Shown: positions 13,320 through 25,732 of the stretch, one piece after another
Numbering within the stretch: the first letter of the stretch is position 1
Layout: every line of letters begins with the position of its first letter
Origin: Eledone cirrhosa
Taxonomy: Eukaryota
Reading direction: 5' to 3'
DNA: 64,000 bases
Assembly: GCA_964016885.1 (NCBI GenBank)
Contig: OZ024740.1
Location: 83,886,001-83,950,000, forward strand
Program-made: the position numbers and the translations under genes
The notes under the pieces: model-generated
The model's input: the letters and a program-made list of their open reading frames with translations, nothing else
The model's database searches: none
Told to the model about the DNA's origin: nothing

Positions 13320-14270
13320 GATGCAGGATAATATCGAACAACGGTAGGCAATCAAACTTTGTGTGAAACTCAAGAAAGCTGCCACTAAAACTTTTTATTA
13401 AGTAACATCGAGAGGTAACGGTTATATGTAGCACAAAGCTTTCAAAATGGACCAGGAAAATATTAGAGACGAACCTTCTCTGGTAGGACAAACTCGTCAA
13501 CAAATGAACAAAATGTGGAAGTGGTGCGAGTGGGGGTGTCAGAAAAAGGATTAAATAAACATGTCGTTCATGGAATTTTAACAAGCCATTAGCAAATTGT
13601 GTCGCCAAACACTTCTTTATGGGGCAAAACTCAAACCGTTGAAAACTTTTCAGAAATTTGCTAGAAAGAGTAGGAATTGAGCCAAATCTCTTGAATAAAG
13701 TTATTGTGAGATGAATCGATACGGAAACAAAAGCCAAAGTGGGGAATGGCACACAACAAATTTTTCTCGTCCAAAGAAAGCACGCACAAGCAAATACAGG
13801 AAGTAAATGATGATTGTTATTTTTTTATTTTTTTCACAGCCGTGCCATTGTTCATACAGACTGTTTATCTCCAGAGCAAGCAGTTAATTTCCCTTTCTAC
13901 AAAGGTGTTTGGGAATGACTTCGAAAACGTACCCAATAATTCCGAAAGAACATTACAAGTGTTAAGATATTTCACCACGATAACGAGCCTGTTCACACAG
14001 CACTTTCAATTAGAGAATTATTGCCGAAGAAAAATATTCTCTCTCTTCCACAACCTCCCAACAGCTCAGATCTAGCACCGTGTAATTTTTACCTCTTCCC
14101 TAAGTATAAATTGAATTTCAAGGATCATTATTTTAGCACTGTGGAAAACATTCAAAACATTGTAACCGATGAGCTAAGGACACCGAAAGAAAGAAACTTT
14201 CGGTACTTCTAAGATCAAGAGAAAACACTGTGTGACTTCCTAAGAGTCGTATTTTGAAGGAGATAGCTAG
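13320..14270 (+). pseudogene. Decayed mariner (Tc1/mariner) transposase
   Basis: IEQR*AIKLCVKL at the start, QPPNSSDLAPCNFYLFPK (mariner YSPDLAPxD-like motif) in ORF 14021..14212 and YFEGD at the end; many stops and frameshifts. Confidence 0.8.
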
Positions 14271-14329
14271 TATGTCTGATATACATTTAGAGAGAGAAAC
14301 CATCTGTACACTTACTTTTGTGACAAAAA

Positions 14330-15960
<1,631 letters not shown>

Positions 15961-16019
15961 CGTTTCTGAATTTGTTTAGCAAGATTCTTTATCTGAAAAC
16001 GTGTGATGAAACCGATATT

Positions 16020-16985
16020 GATATACTTTGGGAGGGTCATGTTGCCAATAAGAAACACACGCACCAGTTGCTTTCACTCCAGTTTATTATAAATTAAATT
16101 TATAAATTTAAAAAACTTGTAAATTTCCGGTTGGTTAGTTGGTTCCACAAGAGGTGAACTAGCTTACAAATTTAGAAGGGCCCTAGATAAAATTAAAATA
16201 AATATTAAGATAGTGGAAAGACCAGGTACCTCCATAAAAACACTTATTAGTAATACATACCCTTTTCGAAGACCTCCCTTTATAGATAAGAAATGCATAA
16301 TCTGTAAACTAAGCCCCCATATTATCTGCCAAACTAAAAACATAGTATATAGCATAAGATGTACTGAGGGACAATGTAAAGATATGAATATAGTGTACAT
16401 AGGTGAGACAGCTCGTAATATAGGAGAACGATTAAATGAAAACTGACGAGAGCTTCAAGATAGAAAAGAATCATCAGTACTCCACCAACATGCTAAAATA
16501 GAACATAAGGGCAAATTAGAGAACATAGAAATAAAAATAAAATCTACACAGAGAAAAGACGCAATGTTTAGACAAATCACAGTGGCAATAAACATAAATG
16601 AACTCCAACCCCCAAAAAATAGAAAACATGAATGGAATAGCAACATCACAACTTACAATTAAGGACAACATGAAAAAAAAAACACACACACATAGACCAA
16701 ACAACCAATTAGTAACATGTAAATAAACAAATAAATAAACAAATAAAAACACACACAGACACCCGGATGTAACACATGCGCAAACTAAGCACACAACACA
16801 CACAAAAACAAGATGGCGTAGGACAGAAGAAAAGAGAGGCACAAAACAAAGAAAAGAATCCCCAGTCACTGAAGAGGTCACAGAATGTGTGACGAAAGAA
16901 CTTTGACAATATATGAACAACCGTCCGGTTGTGGAACCAACCAACCAACCGTGTTGCGTGTGTTTCTTATTGGCAAGTATAACAA
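16020..16985 (+). mobile_element. 5'-truncated Penelope-like element: GIY-YIG fragment, 3' region with hammerhead, and inverted pLTR pieces at the 5' end
   Basis: CIICK..C.TKNIVYSIRC..VYIGETARNIGERL..SVLHQH (16213-16640). TTGCCAATAAGAAACACACGCA (16042) and GGTTGGTTAGTTGGTTCCACAA (16129) are reverse complements of parts of 16929-16976. Confidence 0.8.
16865..16907 (+). ncRNA. Type I hammerhead ribozyme
   Basis: GUCA-CUGAAGA-G-GUCACA GAAUG UGUGAC-GAAAGAACUU/UGAC. Confidence 0.7.
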
Positions 16986-17055
16986 TATATATATATATAT
17001 ATATACACATATATATATATATTTATTTATTTAGAGTGGAAATTTATATGTGCAA

Positions 17056-17089
<34 letters not shown>

Positions 17090-18385
17090 GTGTGCGTATG
17101 TGGGTATGCGTAAGCTTGCATTTAGTTGTTTGTCCTTACGAAGCTGTGTGGATGTGGACAAGCAACAAAAATACACGCATACACCACACACACATACGCA
17201 CACAGACACACATACACTACACACTTGCACATACACATTTCAACTCTAGATAAAATAGGATATTTTTTTACTTTTGAGGACGATATAGACGCCTTTGATG
17301 AGAGTTTTTTCACAAGACGACCAACTTAACTTCCTACACAAGAAACAGTTTTACAAGAGATAGCAAAATCAACAGAGCTGCTTCTTCTCGAATAAATTTC
17401 TTTTAGTTTCTGTCCCTGCACACTTTCCTCTATCTTTCCATTTCTTCTTTAGTTTCTCATTCGATTTTCTGATGAAGTCCTGGCGCCGAATATTTCGACT
17501 CTTTTCCTACTATATCCAGAGTAAAACTAATTTATTTCTTCTTTGTACTTTGTCGTTTGTTTAGTTATTTCTGTTCACTGTCCGCATATATATCACTACC
17601 ACCATCACCGATTAAGCACACACAACACCTCTTTCCCCTTTAGCTCCTACACTTTTTGTACAAACTTTCATACATAAAAACACCACTGAAGTGACAATGC
17701 ATAACACTACTCCAACCTACCAAGACTAACACTGGAGGTGCGCATACATGGTCACATGCATGGACACACACACACACACACACGCGCGCGCGCACGCACA
17801 CACACACACACAAACGATATACACAGGGGCAGGGGCGATACAGCTATACATGTCTTCAACATCTCAGCAGTACACACCAACACACTAAACGTTGTAAACT
17901 ACACCGCCATAACCACAACTACAACAGTAACACGCGCCCCAAAATATAGGAATACGAGAGGGAAGAAAAGGGGTGGGGAGTAGTGTGTGAGGAGGAAGAG
18001 GGAGAGATAATACCTACGACCATAAACTTTTCCCCCTCGCCAGAATCTCCTGATCATGTTCTCGCCTATAGCAGTTCCGTTCCTTCCCAGATTTTAGCCA
18101 TCTCCACATATCGACCTTCATATAGCAAACACACTGCCACGCAATTACACACAGACACATAATATATAAATCAAGATGCCAGGAGTAATCATGCGCACAT
18201 GGATACAAGCATCACGACAGATCCTTCTCGACTAGAAGTCTAACATGCAAAGCGGCCCCTCAACAGTTCACTCAACAATAATGTTCGCTCCTCTCTGCTC
18301 CCCTTATCCCACTCATCCCCGACCCTGGGAAAGCAGCGTGTGGAAATAACTGAAAACTAACAATCAATTTAGTTATCCACTCCAG

Positions 18386-18550
18386 AGGGCGGTGGATTGG
18401 CAGAATTGGTAGAGGGTTGGACATGCTTTCCAGCATAGTTATGTCCCTTTACGATCTGAGTTCAAATCCCGCCAAGGTTAACTTTGCCTTTCATCCTTAC
18501 CAGGTCGATAAAATAAAGTACCAGTAATGTACTGGTTTCTTGCTGACCTT
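18386..18550 (+). mobile_element. tRNA-derived SINE (same family as 1481)
   Basis: GGTGGATTGGCAGAATTGG...GAGTTCAAATCCCGCC...GCCTTTCATCCTTAC. Confidence 0.85.
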
Positions 18551-18814
18551 TATAAGGTATCTATTTTTGAAGTTCTAGTTAACTTTATTTAGTTACCTAC
18601 CTAGCTATGTGCGCTTGCACACTTGTAAAAATTATCCCCTGTGATTGTTTCATATGTTTATTTATATGTTAATCAATTTCTAGTTGTTATGAAATGCTCG
18701 GACCTATTCATTAGAATGTTGGAGCTTATTTTACGGGTGATATGGCGCATGCCTGTCTGGCATGACACCCATAATTTTGATTTAGATTAAATTCACTTTG
18801 ATTTATCTTAATTT

Positions 18815-18865
<51 letters not shown>

Positions 18866-19004
18866 AGTGTAATTTACTACACAAAACGAAGGTTATAGAG
18901 AAAATTGAGGTTGGTAATGGCACATGGAATATATAAGAGACAGAATACTTTTTTGTGAAAAAACATATAATTTTATAAGGTAAGGAAATAATAAAGGGTA
19001 TAAA

Positions 19005-19050
19005 AAATGACCGGTTTCGATGGGTCTGCAAAAGCCATATTTTCAAATGT
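19005..19050 (-). ncRNA. Minimal hammerhead in the PLE pLTR, U3:A8 variant (the copy at 23985-24030 has GAAAC>GUAAC)
   Basis: AU-UUGAAAA-U-AUGG..CCAU-C-GAAACCGGUC/AU; stem I is short. Confidence 0.55.
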
Positions 19051-19421
19051 TGATTAATATTAAGAAAAATTAATAATAAGAAGAGTTAAAATTTGAGATT
19101 TGAAAATTCAAGTATAAAATTCATTGTGGGATTTGACAGTAGTTTTCATCTTGGTAGCAGCTCGTTGACTGCTGGGTGCCTTTCTGGTAGTGAATGAGAA
19201 GTTATTCGGGGGTGCGGGTTATTTTATAAAGGTCAAATTTAGCAATGGCCAGATGGCCAGCTGCTGGTCAGTGAGGGGGTGGAAGCAATATACATACATA
19301 TATCTTCCTGTGGTAGGTAGGAGAGGGGAGATTGATAGAAAGGGATTTAGTGCACTTACACCTATATATACACACATACCTTCATCCACACATACATACA
19401 TATACATATACATACACATAT

Positions 19422-19476
<55 letters not shown>

Positions 19477-20315
19477 CACACGTACATACACACACACATA
19501 CATATATATACACACACACATATATGCACATACACACACATATATATATATATACACACACACATATATATACATACACATACATCCAGATACACACATA
19601 CATACACACACACACACATATATATATATATGTGTACATACACATATATACACACATATACATACACATATATATACACACAGACCCCCCACACATACAT
19701 ACATACACACACACACATATATATACATACACACATACAAACACACACACACACACATATATACACATACACACACATATATATACACACACACACACAT
19801 ATATATATACACATACGCATACATCCAGATACACACATACATACACACACACACACACACACACGCACACACAATACATACATCCACATGCACACACATA
19901 CACACACACACACACACATATATACACATACATACACCCACACACAGAGAAATGGCCTCCAAATATATATATATACATACATACACATATATTTTTTCCA
20001 TAATATAAGAAGTTAGGACAGTGAAATTAAAATACAAGTCATTCTGATTACATTGAGTTCTTCATGTAGATTGGGCCCCGCAACCGACAGTGGTGAATTC
20101 TGTGTGCGCATATATATATAGATATATGTGTGTGCACGTGCAGGGTTTAACATGGATGTGTTGGTCACACAAAGGCATGGTCTGTCAACGAATAAACCTG
20201 ATTCTACAGAATTGGTCTCTGGTCTTTAATAGTAGTGATAATTATATACATGCACACATACAAACACATATATCTGTCACTCCGTGCGTATGTGTGTTTA
20301 TATTTTATGACAATT

Positions 20316-21340
20316 CTATTGGGGTGATAACCCGTTTAGTTTTGGTTTAAATTTGTTAAGGAATAGATTTTCTTTGTTTATTCTTTGTTGCTGTGTGAAC
20401 GAATCTGAGCACTTGTAGAAGGGGAAGATTTTAAAGTTGGGTAGTGTCATTCCTGTGCAGTTCGCAATATGTCTGCTCAAGGGGATTTTTCTTGTGCTAG
20501 CGTCCCGGATTTGTTGGCGGTTGATGGTCATTCTTTTGCGTAATGAGGTGCCCGTCTGTCCTATGTAGTTGTGTTTGCACCCACCGCAAGTTATTGCGTA
20601 AATCAAGTTCTCCGAGTTGCAGGTGAAATTGTTTTTTACTGTAAATGTTTGGCCATCTTTAAATGTAAATTGTTGTCCTTCAGTGAGGTAGAGGCACGTT
20701 CCACAGTTTGTTCTGCCACATTTGGTAACTGTAGGGTTGAGGATTGGTTTGGGTATATTTGGTCCAGTGAGAATGCGTTTCAGTGATTTGGGTTGTCTTT
20801 TACTTTTAAGGATCTTGTGTGTTTCAAGAATAGACTTCATTTTTACATCTTTAAGTAGGATGGGGAGGTTTTTGTGTAGGTGATCAAACATTTCGGTATT
20901 TCTGGGGTTGAAAGTGAATACATATGGCAGGGTGTTGAGTGTGGTTTTCTGTTTTGGATTGTTAAGTTGATGGGGATTTAGGTGTTTTGCCCTGTCTATT
21001 CCATTGTTGATTATTTCAAGTGGAAAGGCTCTTAAGATAAGGGTGTCTTTTAGTTCCTTTAGTCTTTGCTCCCGTTTAGGTGGATCTGATACTATGGGAC
21101 ATATACGTTTGGCCAAATTGTAAGGAATGTTAAGTTTTGTATGTTTTGGGTGACTTGATGTGAAAAAGAGGTATTGCTTGGAATCTGGGTTTATAGAATA
21201 TATCTGTATCTAATTTCCCGTCTATTACAGAGATGAGAATATCCAAGAAGGCTAATTCCTTGGGATTGGATTCCATTGTGAATTGTATGTTATTATCTGT
21301 TGTTTATCATGTTTTTAAACATAGTAAGTGAGTTCATGTC
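20316..21340 (-). pseudogene. PLE RT thumb + GIY-YIG endonuclease (disrupted)
   Basis: IQFTME..LAFLD..YKP, SSHP, then CGRTNCGTC (Cx4Cx2C Zn finger), TCNSENLIYAITC..NYIGQT..LRKR. A stop at 21341 and two frameshifts separate it from the RT core. Confidence 0.9.
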
Positions 21341-22594
21341 TTATTGCCATAGGATAAAGCAGTCGTCTAGATATCTTTTCCAATTGGCTTTGAGGTGTGT
21401 GTGGAAAGAGTCTCCAAATAAGAGAAGGGACTGACTGTATATTTGTTGTTCATGGAATCCCATGACTAGGTTGGCATATGTGTGTGCTACTTTCGTGCCC
21501 ATTGCAGTACCTGATACTTGTCTGTATGTTGAACCATTGAATGTGAAGTAGTTATTTTGTAGGATAAAGCGGAGTCCGTCAGTGATAAAATCTTTGTTGA
21601 TGCGTGTCGGTATTTCTGATGGGTGTGTGTTAAGCCAGTATTGGACTGCTGTTATTCCATAGTTGTGGGGTATGTTTGTGTAGAGGTTTATTACGTCAAA
21701 GGAGACAAGAATTGTATTTGCACTTACTGTTTTAAGGAGGTGCTTCAGCATGTCAAGGTCATCTCGTATGTAGCTCTGTATATGTTGTAGAAAGGGTTTC
21801 AGTAGGATGTCCAGAAAGTTGCTAAGTCTGTGGGTTTCACATGTAGGGCCTGCTATAATTGGCCTGAGTTTTAGGTCTTCTGGTGGTGTTAGTTCAATGT
21901 AATTGTTGGTTGAGGTGTCACATGCATCGTTTATGGGTTTACATTTGTGGAGTTTCGGTAAGCCGTAAAAAGAGCTTGTATTGCATTTGAAGTGGCTTAT
22001 ATAGTTAAACTCTTTTGTGGTTAAGCTGTTGCGGTATTTATTCAGTAAGGTCAAAAGGTTCCCCATTGTTTTGGTGTGTTTGTAGTTTTCTGTTTTTTCA
22101 TAGTGTGTGTTGTTTTCTAAAATGTTAAGTGCGAGGGTCCTATAGTAGTTCGTATTCATAATGACAACAGTACTGCCTTTATCGGCTTCTTTGATAGTTA
22201 TCTCAGGGTTGTTTCTAAGTGTGAATAATTCTTCCCATTCGTGTGTAGATAGGTTTGATTTCGTGTGTTTATTTGTAATTTTTTCATAGGGAAAGTTGGT
22301 GATGTGTTCGCAGTACGTGTCCAGTGCTTTATTTCTTCCCTTTTGTGGGCAGAAATTGCTTTTATTTCTAACCAGTGATTCGTCTTCAGTGTTGGTGTCG
22401 TTGTGGAAGAATTCCGTTAGTCGCAGCTTTCGGCAGTATTCCATGATGTCATCCTTCATTTCGGGGAAGTTTGGTTTACGTGGTGTAGGTGTAAATTTCA
22501 GGCCCTTACTTAAAATGTTGATTTGTGTGTTGGTTAGGGGTGTCTTTGAGAGGTTGATTATTTTTGGTTTCTCCTGAGGGGGGGGGGGGGGCAT
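21341..22594 (-). CDS. Penelope-type reverse transcriptase (ends at a premature stop just after the catalytic motif)
   Basis: IINLS..LSKGLKF, ADKG, FYGLPKLHK, RPII, SFDVINLYTNIP, GTAMG, RYLDD. Confidence 0.9.
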   Translation of the reverse strand: MPPPPPQEKPKIINLSKTPLTNTQINILSKGLKFTPTPRKPNFPEMKDDIMEYCRKLRLTEFFHNDTNTEDESLVRNKSNFCPQKGRNKALDTYCEHITNFPYEKITNKHTKSNLSTHEWEELFTLRNNPEITIKEADKGSTVVIMNTNYYRTLALNILENNTHYEKTENYKHTKTMGNLLTLLNKYRNSLTTKEFNYISHFKCNTSSFYGLPKLHKCKPINDACDTSTNNYIELTPPEDLKLRPIIAGPTCETHRLSNFLDILLKPFLQHIQSYIRDDLDMLKHLLKTVSANTILVSFDVINLYTNIPHNYGITAVQYWLNTHPSEIPTRINKDFITDGLRFILQNNYFTFNGSTYRQVSGTAMGTKVAHTYANLVMGFHEQQIYSQSLLLFGDSFHTHLKANWKRYLDDCFILWQ

Positions 22595-23829
22595 CGTGTA
22601 TCCTGGTATTTCAGGCTTTTCCCTAAAAAAGGAATGTAGTTTTGTGTGTGATTATATTTTGTTGGTCTGTTGCGTGTGGGTCTGTAGCTTGTTGTTTCAT
22701 GAGGGTGAATGTGATGGTGGGGGTGGTATGTGTTGTGGTTGTTGATGAGCAAGGGTTCTGTTGTTGGTTCATGTGGTCTGGGTGCGTTATTTCTGTGGTA
22801 CAGAGTGTTGAGGTTGGGGTGTTGTCTTTTGTTGGATTGAGGGTGATGTCTGGTGTGGTTGTGGGTAAGTTCTGTTGTGATTTCAAGTGGTCTGGGTGGA
22901 TTTCTTCTGAGGAATGTGGTGTGTGTGTTGTGAGTTGGATCGATGTTATTTCGTCGTTGGTTTATGTAGGGGGCATTTCTACGGAAACCTGTGTTGTGGT
23001 GGTTGGGTGTGTTTCTTTTGGTGTAGTTGGCCGTATTTGGTTTGTGTTGGTGGGGGATGTGCCTGTGGTTAGTGTGTGTTGGGTTTGGTGGTGTAAATGT
23101 GTCTGTTGTAGTTCTTGTTATGTTCAAATGCTTTATAAAGCGGTTACCTGTTTGGTGCGTCCTTTTAAAGTCTTCTTCATATTTGAGGAACCAGTTTTCG
23201 GATTTTTCCCACCGTTTAAGGGAAATAATTTCTGCATTCTCGCAGTCCCGTCTCCACGATTTGATTAAATTTTGTAGGGTTGTTCCCTCGGCCTTTTTAG
23301 TGCATTCTTCCTCCATATTTTTATCAGTATCCTTATACTCTTGCTCGTTGGAGGTGGCCCTTAATTTTAGGAGTTCTATTTCCATGTTTATCCTGTTGAG
23401 TGACATTTGTTCACGGAGTTTTCTTTCTAGTTCAGGTTCGTTTGTAATATGCTTTATTTGGAATTTACGTGGTAAAACTATCGGTGTTGAGTTAATCCAT
23501 TTTTGGTAAATTCCAGCTTTGTTGAGGTTTTTTATCATATTCCAGAAAGTGAATTTTCTGGTTTTTAGATGTTTTTTCCAGAGGTGTCCCATTTGGTTTT
23601 TGATATTGAGCAATGTCGTCTGTTCTGTGTTGGTATTCATAAGTTTTTCGATGGAGTTGCATACGTTTTGAACGTTTAAATAAATTTGGTTGTCAGTCGG
23701 TGTGGTGGTTTGGGGTATATCCTGTTTTTTTGTCAGAATGGTGAGTTTTCCATTTATCTCTTTTAGGATTTTCAGGATTTCCTCATTTATATTGGAGTTT
23801 GAAGTTGTGTTGTCTTGTTCCAGTGCCAT
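22558..23829 (-). CDS. PLE ORF1: helical/coiled-coil-like N-half and His/Pro/Thr/Asn-rich disordered C-half (423 aa)
   Basis: Uninterrupted ATG-started ORF directly after the pLTR, with heptad-like segments (INEEILKILKEINGKL; LERKLREQMSLNRINMEIELLKL); overlaps the RT ORF, which is in the -1 frame. Confidence 0.75.
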   Translation of the reverse strand: MALEQDNTTSNSNINEEILKILKEINGKLTILTKKQDIPQTTTPTDNQIYLNVQNVCNSIEKLMNTNTEQTTLLNIKNQMGHLWKKHLKTRKFTFWNMIKNLNKAGIYQKWINSTPIVLPRKFQIKHITNEPELERKLREQMSLNRINMEIELLKLRATSNEQEYKDTDKNMEEECTKKAEGTTLQNLIKSWRRDCENAEIISLKRWEKSENWFLKYEEDFKRTHQTGNRFIKHLNITRTTTDTFTPPNPTHTNHRHIPHQHKPNTANYTKRNTPNHHNTGFRRNAPYINQRRNNIDPTHNTHTTFLRRNPPRPLEITTELTHNHTRHHPQSNKRQHPNLNTLYHRNNAPRPHEPTTEPLLINNHNTYHPHHHIHPHETTSYRPTRNRPTKYNHTQNYIPFLGKSLKYQDTRCPPPPLRRNQK

Positions 23830-25587
23830 TTTCCGGATTTGCGTAGGTTAGTATATATGAAAAGTGTAATTTACTACACAAAACGAAGGTTATAGAGAAA
23901 ATTGAGGTTGGTAATGGCACATGGAATATATAAGAGACAGAATACTTTTTTGTGAAAAAACATATAATTTTATAAAGGGTATAAAAAATGACCGGTTACG
24001 ATTGGTCTGCAAATGCCATTTTTCAAATGTTGATTAATATTAAGAAAAATTAATAATAAGAAGAGTTAAAATTTGAGATTTGAAAATTCAAGTATAAAAT
24101 TCATTGTGGGATTTCACAGTAGTTTTCATCTTGGTAGCAGCTCGTTGACTGCTGGGTGCCTTTCTGGTAGTGAATGAGAAGTTATTTGGGGGTGTGGGTT
24201 ATTTTATAAAGGTCAAATTTAGCAATGGCCAGATGGCCAGCTGCTGGTCAGTGAGGGGGTGGAAGCAATATACATACATATATCTTCCTGTGGTAGGTAG
24301 GAGAGGGGAGATTGATAGAAAGGGATTTAGTGCACTTACACCTATATATACACACATACCTTCATCCACACATACATACATATACATATACATACACATA
24401 TATACATATATACATATATATATATTTATATATATATATATATATGAAATATATGGAATATATGAATCAAAGAACTGTTCAAAACATTATTGTGCTTACA
24501 GCTGTTTCCTCCAAACCGAGGTTTGGATTCTTCGGAGCAATTTATTAATGCATGCCTACCACTATTTAGGGTGTGTGTAAAATACTTACAACTGCTTAAG
24601 GTTTTGTGTTTACATAACCATAAATAGTATAACTAATACTATATATATATATATACATATACACACGTACATACACACACACATACATATATATACACAC
24701 ACACATATATGCACATACACACACATATATATATATACACACACACACATATATATACATACACATACATCCAGATACACACATACATACACACACACAT
24801 ATATATATATATATGTGTACATACACATATATACACACATATACATACACATATATATACACGCACACCCCCACACATACATACACACACACACATATAT
24901 ATACATACACACATACAAACACACACACACACACATATATACACATACACACACATATATATACACACACACACACATATATATATACACATACGCATAC
25001 ATCCAGATACACACATACATACACACACACACACACACACGCACACACAATACATACATCCACATGCACACACATACACACACACACACACACACATATA
25101 TATACACATACATACACCCACACACAGAGAAATGGCCTCCAAATATATATATATACATACATACACATATATTTTTTTCATAATATAAGAAGTTAGGACT
25201 GAAATTAAAATACAAGTCATTCTGATCACATTGAGTTCTTCATGTAGAAAGTTAAAACAAGGAAATAAAAATTCACGTCATTAGAAATACACTTCACTGC
25301 TTTATGATCGTTTCTAGGTGATAATAATACATTGTACGCATATTTCGTTATCGCTCTATGTAGGGTTAGTTACAAAATATTAAATAAGGAATATATTTAC
25401 CTACATATCACCAGCCGTTGTCAAAATGACTTGAATTTTTATTTCATTGCTTTAACGTATATCATGAATCTGTTTTCCTTTTGATGTTTTATTGTTCTCC
25501 GGGATATTTTAATCTACAATATTTCCAACATATGGATTACATTGAGTTCTTCATGCAGACTAGACCCCGCAACTAACCGTGGATATT

Positions 25588-25638
<51 letters not shown>

Positions 25639-25692
25639 GTGGGAAAGTAAGAAATCGGAGAATAGACCGTTAAAACATGTTTATTTAAAACA

Positions 25693-25732
25693 GCACTTAC
25701 GTACGTTTCGCCCAGTTGGGCTTCTCAAGGGC
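25693..25732 (-). ncRNA. Minimal hammerhead in the Naiad pLTR, U3:A8 variant
   Basis: GCCC-UUGAGAA-GCCC AACU GGGC-GAAACGUACGUA/AGUGC. Confidence 0.7.

Larger units (their letters stand above)
18858..25595 (-). mobile_element. Near-complete Neptune-type Penelope-like element with direct pseudo-LTRs (about 18858-20110 and 23853-25595)
   Basis: ORF1 + RT + GIY-YIG lie between two direct repeats of about 1.2 kb, each with a hammerhead motif and a (CA/TA) tract; both outer ends abut (TA)n. Confidence 0.9.
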
